DNA of 64,000 nucleotides, taken from assembly GCA_046704725.1 (NCBI GenBank), contig JBJKRI010000002.1, positions 18,285-82,284 on the forward strand, read 5' to 3'. A program made the translations under genes and the position numbers. The stretch comes from Candidatus Woesearchaeota archaeon (lineage in GTDB: Archaea; Nanobdellota; Nanobdellia; Woesearchaeales; SKIA01). The notes beneath the pieces are model-generated. The model saw only the letters and a list, made by a program, of their open reading frames with translations, was not told the DNA's origin and did not search any database. Shown piece by piece: positions 26,587 through 34,522 of this stretch (positions are counted from its first letter, which is position 1; each line of letters opens with the position of its first letter).

Positions 26587-27780
26587 TTATGGACGCTGGG
26601 CCAGATCGTGGGAGAGCCGCACGAACACGCCGTTCGTCCAGCCGAAGCCGCGCTGCGTCGGGTAGCGCGCGGTCACGCCCACATCGCGTCGCACCACGTC
26701 GTACTTCTCCCAGAACGCCCCGGTCTTGTGGAAGACCAGCGCGTTGAGGGCGAGCCATTTGCGCGCGATGCGTTCCGCGTCGGCGTCCAGGCCGTAGCGG
26801 AACAGTCCTTGCACGGCGAGGTAGTGGTGCGGCGCCCAGCCGTTCGGGAAGTCCCATTGCCGTTGCTCGACGGCGAGGTCGTCGGGCTGCGTGGTGGCCA
26901 GTCCGCCGGCGAACTCCAGTTGGGACAACGCGTCTCGCACGTGCGCGGCTTGCCGTTCGTCGGCCCAGCCCGCCCACAGTGGATAGACCGTCGCCAGCGA
27001 CAGGAATGTGCTGCGCTTCCCGCGCTTGTAGTCGTAGTCGAAGAACGCTCCGCGCTCCTCGTCCCAGAACAGCTCGTTCATGGCTTTCTTCCTCCTTTCC
27101 GCTCGCGTCGCGTACTCTTCTGCCGCCCGCGGGTCTCCGAGGATGTCCATGAAGCCGGCGAGGTCTCGCTCGTAGCGGTAGAGCAGGCTGTTGAGGTCGA
27201 CGGGAAGGTAGTCCAGGCAGATGTCGCCGAAGCGGCTTGTCATGTCCCAGCCGCTCTCGTGCTCTGCCATCGTGTGGGTGACCGAGTGGTCGCAATACCT
27301 GGAGAGTCCGCGGTGGACCAGGTGCCGTTCGGGCCGCAATGATTCCATCCAGTAGCCGTCGAGCTCTTCCTTGGCGACCGCCACTGCTTCGCGGAGCCAG
27401 TCCGTGTCCCCGGTCGCTTGATAGACCTCCCTGATCATGCTCGTGAGGAACGGCGGTTGGCTCGTTCCCGTGTTGTAGATCCTGTTGCGCATGGGCACGA
27501 TGCCGAAGATGCGGAACAGGTGGAGCAGGTTGTCCACCATGCCGCGCGCCAATGACACGCGCCCTGACACGACAAGGCCGATGATGGTGAAGTAGCTGTC
27601 CCAGTAGAATTGCTGTCCTGCGAACGCGACGTCCGCGCATGGAGCGACGAACGGGCATGGCAGTCCGATGGTGATCCCGTGCGTGACCGGTGCCTCGAAC
27701 GTGAGTGCGTCCCAGGTGCGCTCGATGTGCGCGCGTGCGTCCTCGTATGTGCGCTCAAGCGCTTCGCTTTCTGTTTCCAT
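26587..27780 (-). CDS. treA: alpha,alpha-trehalase (GH37)
   Basis: Trehalase signatures QFYWDSYF and QWDFPNGWAP are present. Confidence 0.85.
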   Translation of the reverse strand: METESEALERTYEDARAHIERTWDALTFEAPVTHGITIGLPCPFVAPCADVAFAGQQFYWDSYFTIIGLVVSGRVSLARGMVDNLLHLFRIFGIVPMRNRIYNTGTSQPPFLTSMIREVYQATGDTDWLREAVAVAKEELDGYWMESLRPERHLVHRGLSRYCDHSVTHTMAEHESGWDMTSRFGDICLDYLPVDLNSLLYRYERDLAGFMDILGDPRAAEEYATRAERRKKAMNELFWDEERGAFFDYDYKRGKRSTFLSLATVYPLWAGWADERQAAHVRDALSQLEFAGGLATTQPDDLAVEQRQWDFPNGWAPHHYLAVQGLFRYGLDADAERIARKWLALNALVFHKTGAFWEKYDVVRRDVGVTARYPTQRGFGWTNGVFVRLSHDLAQRP

Positions 27781-28327
27781 GTTGTCTGTGCAGGGCGCTC
27801 TTGGCGTCCATGTCGTTGCTGCGTACCACCCACGCTATCGCTTCGATGCGGGCCAGGACGGCCACCACCCAGACGACGCTGATCGCCCAGTCGCGGATGC
27901 CGAACCAGTAGATGAAGGGGAGCAGGAGGGTGAATGTCGCCATGCTCAGTTTTCCGCTGAGCAGGTGCGGGGTCGCGAGCGTCCTGGTGCGCGCGTACGA
28001 CACGATCGCGAAGATGATGAAGGTGAGCACGACGAGCAGCGCGAACGGTTGGTACGCCACGTAGAGTCCGGGCGCGATGAAGGTCAGCCACCAGACCGTC
28101 CCGAGGGTGAAGATCATGTCGACGATGCCGTCGAGCCGAGCCCCGCGCGCCGATGCCGTGCCGTTCGCCCGCGCCGCCATGCCGTCGAACAGGTCGGTGG
28201 CAAGGGCGATGACGTACACGATGACCGCTGCTTCTGTCATCCCCGCCAGGAATAATATGCTGATGGGGATGATCGCGACAAGCCGCGTCCAGGTGAGCGC
28301 ATCGGCAAGGGAGGGAAATTGCGGCAT
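27755..28327 (-). CDS. CDP-alcohol phosphatidyltransferase family protein
   Basis: DLFDGMAARANGTASARGARLDGIVD matches the D-G-x2-A-R...G-x3-D-x3-D motif; polytopic. Confidence 0.8.
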   Translation of the reverse strand: MPQFPSLADALTWTRLVAIIPISILFLAGMTEAAVIVYVIALATDLFDGMAARANGTASARGARLDGIVDMIFTLGTVWWLTFIAPGLYVAYQPFALLVVLTFIIFAIVSYARTRTLATPHLLSGKLSMATFTLLLPFIYWFGIRDWAISVVWVVAVLARIEAIAWVVRSNDMDAKSALHRQHGNRKRSA

Positions 28328-28490
28328 TTTCCATACTGGGATACACTCCTTTAAAAACTTGTATTTTTTCGGTCATGGCGAATAGCTCTTCTCAAGGCTG
28401 TTCGCCGCTCGGATAGGGCTGTTTTCCGGCGCCCGTTGCACTGGACACGCGGCCAAAAACCCTTATAAGGCGTCTTCCTGTCTCGAGCGC

Positions 28491-29279
28491 ATGGCGCGGA
28501 TGCAGTCCCCCTCCTCCATCAACACCTACAAGCAATGCCCGCGCAAGTATTACTATCGTTACATCAAGCGCTTGCCCTCGAAACCGAGCATCCATCTCGT
28601 GCGCGGCACGGTCGCGCACAGCGTGCTCGAGCACTTCTTCGACGAGCCCATCGAGGCGGTCGGCGACTGGCGGACCAACCTGCAGTACCACGCCTTGCGC
28701 CTGCTCGAGCACTTCTGGGACGCGCACGCGAAAGAGTTCGACAGCCTCGAGGAGACCCCCGAGGAATTGTCCGCGTACAAGGAGGAGACCAAGCGCATGA
28801 TCCTGCGCTGGGTGCAGGACTTCACCGAGCGTATCGCAAAACGCATGGACGAAGGCGAATCCTTCGAGGACGCGTTCGCCTTCCTGACGCCCCGCCGCGA
28901 GCAGGAATACCGCGACGAGGAGCTCAACGTGCGCGGCTACATCGACGCCATCGAGGAGGAGGGCGACCGCGTCGTCCTCATGGACTACAAGACCTCCAAG
29001 CGCCCGGAGATCACGCCCGAGTACCGGTTGCAGCTCGCCATCTACGCGCTCTTGTACCTGCGGCGCCACAGCAAATTGCCCGCGGAGGTCGGCATCCACT
29101 TCCTGCGCCACGATCGACAGGTCATGCGCGTCAACGACGAGCTCTTGCTGGAGGCGCAGTTCGAGATCGAGCAGGTCCACATGCTCACCCAGAGCACTGA
29201 CATCGATGACTATCCCAAGAGCCCCTCGCCGCTGTGCAACTGGTGCGACTACTACGAGAAGTGCTTTCCCAAGCGATAG
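28491..29279 (+). CDS. PD-(D/E)xK Cas4/RecB-like nuclease with C-terminal Cys cluster
   Basis: ...VVLMDYKTSK... (D...D/ExK) with C-terminal CNWCDYYEKC. TATA-like CTTATAAGG about 30 bp upstream. Confidence 0.65.
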   Translation: MARMQSPSSINTYKQCPRKYYYRYIKRLPSKPSIHLVRGTVAHSVLEHFFDEPIEAVGDWRTNLQYHALRLLEHFWDAHAKEFDSLEETPEELSAYKEETKRMILRWVQDFTERIAKRMDEGESFEDAFAFLTPRREQEYRDEELNVRGYIDAIEEEGDRVVLMDYKTSKRPEITPEYRLQLAIYALLYLRRHSKLPAEVGIHFLRHDRQVMRVNDELLLEAQFEIEQVHMLTQSTDIDDYPKSPSPLCNWCDYYEKCFPKR

Positions 29280-29363
29280 ATGTTCTGCTTCCCATGGCCG
29301 TACAGACCTTCATCGGGAAGAGGTGGTGAAAACAGTTAAGAAGCCCGCATCCCTTCCGGATAG

Positions 29364-29909
29364 ATGCGTCCAATCAATCCCGACGGGCTCGCGTACCGGA
29401 CGCTCGCTTTCATCGGTGCGCGAAAGCATCCCCTGTACAGCGATCTGGAAAGCGCTATCTTCTCGGTGGAGTACAGGCTGCAGAACGTTCCGGTCGACTC
29501 CGACGGGAACGCGCGGCCGCCCAGTCTGCACACGCTCGACGAACAGGGCAAGACCATCTCCGTCGTGAATCTGCACCGGTTGACCGACGCGGCGGCGAGC
29601 GTGCGTCGTGCGTCGCGCTGGGAGCGGGTCATGGCCGCCGGTTTCTCCGTGGCGACAGCAGCCGCGCTCTACCTGGGAGCGCACGTGGGTGACACCTACT
29701 CGGGCATAGCGGCCGCGGTGGCTGTTTCCGCGACAAAGCTCATCGTCACATCCGAGTATCGGCGCGTGACGCTCGACGCGCCCATCCGTGCGTACGAGGA
29801 TGCCGATGCCTTGCTGCGGGGCCTCGGTCCATATCCGGACGGTCCCCGACCGCCGAACGGAGGGATACCCGCTCCGTTGCCGGAAGACACCCTCGGTTGG
29901 GCTGCCTGA
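29364..29909 (+). CDS. hypothetical protein
   Basis: 181 aa with a possible transmembrane segment. Confidence 0.3.
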   Translation: MRPINPDGLAYRTLAFIGARKHPLYSDLESAIFSVEYRLQNVPVDSDGNARPPSLHTLDEQGKTISVVNLHRLTDAAASVRRASRWERVMAAGFSVATAAALYLGAHVGDTYSGIAAAVAVSATKLIVTSEYRRVTLDAPIRAYEDADALLRGLGPYPDGPRPPNGGIPAPLPEDTLGWAA

Positions 29910-29911
29910 AG

Positions 29912-30544
29912 CTATTCCCTCTCGAGGATCTCGACCTTGACCTTCGCGGCCTTCTTGAAGGCCTCGGCGTCGCTCGCATCCCCGATGAAGCTGCCCCAGT
30001 GCATGGGGATCGCCACTTTGGGCTTGATCGTGTCCGCCGCCTTCGCGGCCTCCTCGGGATTCATCACGTAGGTCCCCGACACGGGGAGCAACGCGACGTC
30101 GCATTCCACATCCGCCATCTCGGGGATGTTGTCCGAATCCCCGGAGTGGTAGACGCGTACCCCGCCGACCGTGACGACATAGCCGATCCAGCCGTTCTCC
30201 TTGGGATGGAACTTCTTGTTCGCGTTGTACGCCGGAACTGCTTCCACTGTGACATCGCCGAGCTCTATCGTGTCGCCGGCCTTCATGCCGCGCACGGTCC
30301 CGGGAAGGTCGTGCAGCTTCTCTGTGCAGTCCGACGGGCACACGATGACGGTATCGTCTGTCGCGATCTTGTCGATGTCCTCTATGCTGAGATGGTCGTA
30401 GTGGTCGTGCGTGACGAGCACGTACCGCGCGTTGGGCCGTCCCCTGCCGATCTGGTACGGGTCGATATAGATATTGGTCTCTTCGGCGTTCAGCAGGAAG
30501 CCGGCGTGCCCGAGCCACGTGATGGAGATGCCCTCGAAGTCCAT
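29912..30544 (-). CDS. MBL-fold metallo-hydrolase
   Basis: YVLVTHDHYDHLS is the HxHxDH motif. Confidence 0.75.
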   Translation of the reverse strand: MDFEGISITWLGHAGFLLNAEETNIYIDPYQIGRGRPNARYVLVTHDHYDHLSIEDIDKIATDDTVIVCPSDCTEKLHDLPGTVRGMKAGDTIELGDVTVEAVPAYNANKKFHPKENGWIGYVVTVGGVRVYHSGDSDNIPEMADVECDVALLPVSGTYVMNPEEAAKAADTIKPKVAIPMHWGSFIGDASDAEAFKKAAKVKVEILERE

Positions 30545-30567
30545 ATCTTGGCCGAGAGCGGCGCCCC

Positions 30568-31290
30568 TTAAGTATTTTTTCGTCCGGAGCGGTCGTATCG
30601 GACCTGCTCGATGTGCTGGACGTGATATTTGATGCTGTCGTACTTCTTGCGAAGCGCTCCGGTCAGGTGCAAGGGCGTGAGCGCTCCCTCGAAGGCGCGC
30701 GCGACCTGCCAGCAGCGTTCCACGCGCGCGTCGTCATGGTCGATCGCGGCGCGCACGGCCACGCGCGCGAGCTCTCCGGCGAAGTCGCACACACCGCCGA
30801 GATAGGCGGTCGTCGACACGCCCAACCGGTCCTTGTCGGGCAGCTCCTCGTCCTTGAGGAACGCGAGCAGCAATCCTGCCTCTGCGTACTCCTCGAGCGC
30901 CGCGTGGTACGCCCCGACATCCTCCGGCGTCTTTCCGGGCGCCCCGTCCTTCGCGCTCTTCGCGCGCTCCAACGCCTGCGACGCCTCGTCACCTTTCCCT
31001 TCGTGCGAGAGGAATATCGCGGTCTTGGATTCGCGCCGGATGGTCCGCGACAATGCGATGAGCCGTTCGCGGTCGGCGTCCTGCGCCTCCAGCTCGGAGG
31101 CGATGCCCGAGAAGTCAGGGATGCCTGTCATGCCTCTGTCATGCCATCCGCCTTTTTTAAGGGCTCTGCTTGCCACTCCCCACTCGCCCGTGATGCATTC
31201 CGTGAGGGGAACGGACGATACGTTTAAATACGGTCTTCCCAGGAGAGAAGCCATGTCCGTCTTCCAGAACGCCATCGCGTTCTTCGTCAA
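30568..31290 (-). CDS. translin family protein
   Basis: ...YLGGVCDFAGELAR... and ...LRKKYDSIKYHVQHIEQVRY match the translin pattern. The start may be an internal Met near 31131. Confidence 0.5.
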   Translation of the reverse strand: MTKNAMAFWKTDMASLLGRPYLNVSSVPLTECITGEWGVASRALKKGGWHDRGMTGIPDFSGIASELEAQDADRERLIALSRTIRRESKTAIFLSHEGKGDEASQALERAKSAKDGAPGKTPEDVGAYHAALEEYAEAGLLLAFLKDEELPDKDRLGVSTTAYLGGVCDFAGELARVAVRAAIDHDDARVERCWQVARAFEGALTPLHLTGALRKKYDSIKYHVQHIEQVRYDRSGRKNT

Positions 31291-31795
31291 TCTCGGCGTC
31301 TACGACGTCGTGCTGCCCTTCTTGCTCGTCTTCACCTTGATGTACTCGATGCTCGAGAAGACCAAGGTATTGGGCACCTATAAGGAGGAGGCCAAGCACA
31401 GCCTCAACGCCATGGCCGCCTTCGTCACGGGCTTCCTGGTCATCGCCTCCACGCAATTGGTGCGCACCATCAACACGGTGCTCGCCGACAGCGTCCTCCT
31501 GCTCTTGCTCTCCGTGCTCTTCTTGATGCTCGTGGGCAGCTTTCAGGGCTCGGACGAGTTCAAGCTCAGCGGCACGTGGAAGAACATCTTCATGGTCATC
31601 ATCTTCGTGGGTCTCCTGCTCATCTTCCTCAACGCGTTGGGTTGGTTGCAGGCGGCCTGGAACTACATGCTCGGTAATCTGGACGGGCCGATCGTGGGCA
31701 GTTTCGCCCTGCTCGTGGTCGTCATCGGCGGCATGGTCTGGCTGACCAAGCCGCCCGGGGACGGCAAGCCCAAGGGAAACAAGGACAAAAGTTAA
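31253..31795 (+). CDS. small polytopic membrane protein (paralog 1 of 3)
   Basis: MSVFQNAIAFFVNLGVYDVVLPFLLVF... Start at an internal ATG with a TTTAAATA box about 30 bp upstream. Confidence 0.5.
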   Translation: MSVFQNAIAFFVNLGVYDVVLPFLLVFTLMYSMLEKTKVLGTYKEEAKHSLNAMAAFVTGFLVIASTQLVRTINTVLADSVLLLLLSVLFLMLVGSFQGSDEFKLSGTWKNIFMVIIFVGLLLIFLNALGWLQAAWNYMLGNLDGPIVGSFALLVVVIGGMVWLTKPPGDGKPKGNKDKS

Positions 31796-31823
31796 TTAAA
31801 GGGAGGATTGGAGGAGAACACGT

Positions 31824-32447
31824 ATGATCGTCGCGGATTGGATTGTCTGGTTGCAGAGCATCGGTTTGGGAGACGTCATCATCCCGTTCTTCCTCGTCTT
31901 CGCCATCGCGTTCGCGGTGCTCACGAGGAGCAAGATCCTCGGCGAGCCGAGGGTGGCCAAGAAGTTCAACGCGATCATCAGCCTCGCGCTCGGCTTCGCC
32001 GTCGTGGTCCCGCACATCCTCTGGGGTAACCCGAACCCCGCGAACCCGTACCTCGCCACCGGTATGGTGGATATCGTCAAGCTCATCAACAACAGCCTGC
32101 CCCAGGTCGCCGTCGTCATCGTCGGCATCATGATGCTCTTGCTCATGATCGGCGCGTTCGGCGTGCGCTGGAAGGTCGGCGAGAGCGGCGTCGGACCCAT
32201 CGTCGTCATCGCGAGCATCGCGATCGTCGTCTACATCTTCGGCACGAACGCCGGCTGGTTCAACCACGGTCGGTTCCCGCCATTACTGTATTGGTTATCG
32301 AATCCCCAGACAGCGATGCTGCTCGTCACGCTCCTCGTGTTCGGCGTGATCATGTGGCTCATCACGCGTGATGACGAGCCCAAGCCAAACCAGAAATCGT
32401 TCATGGAGAACATGAAGGAAATGTTCAAGACGGAGGACTATAAGTAG
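31824..32447 (+). CDS. small polytopic membrane protein (paralog 2)
   Basis: MIVADWIVWLQSIGLGDVIIPFFLVF...; same architecture as 31253 and 32454. Confidence 0.5.
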   Translation: MIVADWIVWLQSIGLGDVIIPFFLVFAIAFAVLTRSKILGEPRVAKKFNAIISLALGFAVVVPHILWGNPNPANPYLATGMVDIVKLINNSLPQVAVVIVGIMMLLLMIGAFGVRWKVGESGVGPIVVIASIAIVVYIFGTNAGWFNHGRFPPLLYWLSNPQTAMLLVTLLVFGVIMWLITRDDEPKPNQKSFMENMKEMFKTEDYK

Positions 32448-32453
32448 AGGATC

Positions 32454-33089
32454 ATGGCGACGGTCCTCGACTTCAGTATCCTCGGCAGCCTCTCGGTAGT
32501 CTTCGTCTTCCTCGCGGTCTTCATCGGCGCTTGGGGATTGCTCAGCACGACCGACATGCTCGGTCTCAAGGACAAGAAGAGCGTGTACGCCGTGCTCGCG
32601 CTGGCCATCGCTTTCCTCGTCGTCCTCTCGCAGAACGTCCTCAACCTGGTGGCGTTCACCATGCCGTGGTTCGCCGTCCTCACCTTCGTCGGCTTCTTCA
32701 TGCTCTTCTTCGCGAAGATGTTCAATCCGAACCTCAACGGCGCAGAGCTCATCAGGAAGAGCGAGGTGCATGGTTTCCTCATCTTCTTCACGGCGATCAT
32801 CGTCATCTTCGGCCTCGCGAACTCCTTCGGGCAGCAGCTCCTCGAGAAACAACCAGGAGTGACGACGGCCGACCAGATATCGGGCAACACGATGCCGACG
32901 AACACGTTCGTCCCCGTCAATCAATCGAGCGCGACCAACGCCTCGAACACGGCGTCGACCACCGCGCCCAGCACCGGCAATATCGGTTCGAACATAGTGC
33001 TCACTATATTCAATCCGAAGATACTGGGCATGCTCTTCATGATGTTGCTGGGCACGGTCACCATCCTGCTCATCGCGCGCAACAACTGA
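32454..33089 (+). CDS. small polytopic membrane protein (paralog 3) with S/T/N-rich loop
   Basis: MATVLDFSILGSLSVVFVFLAVF... Confidence 0.5.
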   Translation: MATVLDFSILGSLSVVFVFLAVFIGAWGLLSTTDMLGLKDKKSVYAVLALAIAFLVVLSQNVLNLVAFTMPWFAVLTFVGFFMLFFAKMFNPNLNGAELIRKSEVHGFLIFFTAIIVIFGLANSFGQQLLEKQPGVTTADQISGNTMPTNTFVPVNQSSATNASNTASTTAPSTGNIGSNIVLTIFNPKILGMLFMMLLGTVTILLIARNN

Positions 33090-33299
33090 TATCGGTGAGA
33101 ATTCTCCGGAGGGTCAGCGGCTCTTGCGTTCCATCTTCTCGGTGATGTCCGACAACTGCTTGACGTTGTCGGTGAACACCGGCAAGACCTTGCTGAACAC
33201 TTTTTCCATCGCCTTGATCTCGGCGCCGACCTCGAGGATGTTCTTGTCGTAGGTCTCGATCTTGCCGATGAGAGCGGCTTGCAGTATATCGAAGCGGTC

Positions 33300-33731
33300 C
33301 TAGAGGTCAGCGACTACCTGTGATAATGTGGTGAGCCGCTGCTCGGAACGGTTCTTCCAATCGACCACTTTCTGGATGTCTCCTTCGAGCTCCGCCCATT
33401 TCTCGTCGATGATGGCCTCCACATACTCTTCGGTGGACACGTCGACAGAGCCGTGCGACGGGGGCGCCATCGGCGGGGATTGCGGGCTCATCTGCGGTGC
33501 CATGGGCTCTGCGGCCATGGGCGGCGGAGCCGGTTCTGAAGGCGGTGCGCCCGGCGCTGGCGGTGCATCAGGCATCCCGCCGTCGGGCGTGCTCGCCTGG
33601 TTGAGCGCGTCGAAGATCTGCGATGAGGAGTAGCCGTCGTGCTGGAGCACGTCGATGACCTGGCTGTTGGTGTAGCCTTGCCCCTTGAGCTGCTGCACCT
33701 TTGCTGTGGGGATGTCGTCTGCCATGCTCAC
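33300..33731 (-). CDS. coiled-coil protein with Pro/Ala-rich linker
   Basis: 143 aa. The coding-like reading frame continues for 61 more codons past the TAG at about 33300 (see findings). Confidence 0.45.
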   Translation of the reverse strand: MSMADDIPTAKVQQLKGQGYTNSQVIDVLQHDGYSSSQIFDALNQASTPDGGMPDAPPAPGAPPSEPAPPPMAAEPMAPQMSPQSPPMAPPSHGSVDVSTEEYVEAIIDEKWAELEGDIQKVVDWKNRSEQRLTTLSQVVADL

Positions 33732-33765
33732 CTCTGTATTCCAATCCGGCCGCTCGTTTAAAAAG

Positions 33766-34131
33766 TTATCTTGCCTGTTCCAGGAGTCGCTGGGCCTCTT
33801 CCCGCGTCAGGTAGCGCACGGGGTCCCACATCTCGAGGTACTTGCGCAGCACCAACACCTCTTGGCGGGGCGCCGCCCCCTTCACCTCCTCGAGGAAGCG
33901 GTCCATCTTCTCATCTATCTCGAGCAGCTTGCGGTAGAGCGCTTTCACGTCCTCCGCCAATCGCGCCAACTCGTTGCGCAAATCCTTCTCGGCGGCGATG
34001 AGGTTCTCGTCCGTCAATTGCCCTTTCCGTCGCAGGACGGTGTATCGCTCCTCGAGCACGCGCATGCGCCGCGACAGGTCCGACAGTCCCTGCGCGAACG
34101 GCGAGGGTCCCTGCACGGGTTTCTGGGCCAT
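33766..34131 (-). CDS. coiled-coil protein
   Basis: 121 aa, heptad-rich and coding-like. Confidence 0.4.
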   Translation of the reverse strand: MAQKPVQGPSPFAQGLSDLSRRMRVLEERYTVLRRKGQLTDENLIAAEKDLRNELARLAEDVKALYRKLLEIDEKMDRFLEEVKGAAPRQEVLVLRKYLEMWDPVRYLTREEAQRLLEQAR

Positions 34132-34522
34132 GCCCTTCCTGCTCGATATCGCTTCTTAAAGCTGCCGGAAGCCACAAGAACACGGCCCTCGTCCTGCCGG
34201 CATGGAACGCTGCGTCGTGGATGGTTGCGCAAACCCTCCGCTCTATCGGTTGTCTTTCCAGTACCGTGTCTCCGGACGCATCGAGATCGAGCATCTCGCG
34301 GTCTGCAAACACATCTTGCACATGGTGCGCCCGTGCATCTCTGGCATGCCCGTGAGCGCCTCGTACCTCTCATCGCGGACCACCGCTCCCGAGGCGCTCC
34401 GGACCATCGAGGAACGCGTCTCGTCGATGACTGAACGCGAGAAGGGCTATCTCGGAAAGCACATGCCCCTGCGCCGGAACGCTTAAAAGGCATCCTGGCG
34501 AGGAACGGATGGAAGAGGGAGC

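Noticed and set aside
24924-27658. Several long Arg-rich ORFs (24924..26003, 26552..27658, 26608..27342, 27435..28376)
   Set aside because: They overlap the trehalase, CPBP protease and CDP-alcohol transferase genes in other frames or on the other strand. Compositionally non-protein-like.
29310-30518. 402-aa minus-strand ORF
   Set aside because: An out-of-frame overlap of the MBL-fold hydrolase gene; it has an Arg/Gly-rich translation.
33300-33302. Pyrrolysine or genome-wide TAG reassignment as explanation for the in-frame TAG
   Set aside because: TAG is used as the ordinary stop codon of aRF1 and of the giant surface protein gene in this same window. Local read-through, a nonsense mutation or a sequencing error remain open.
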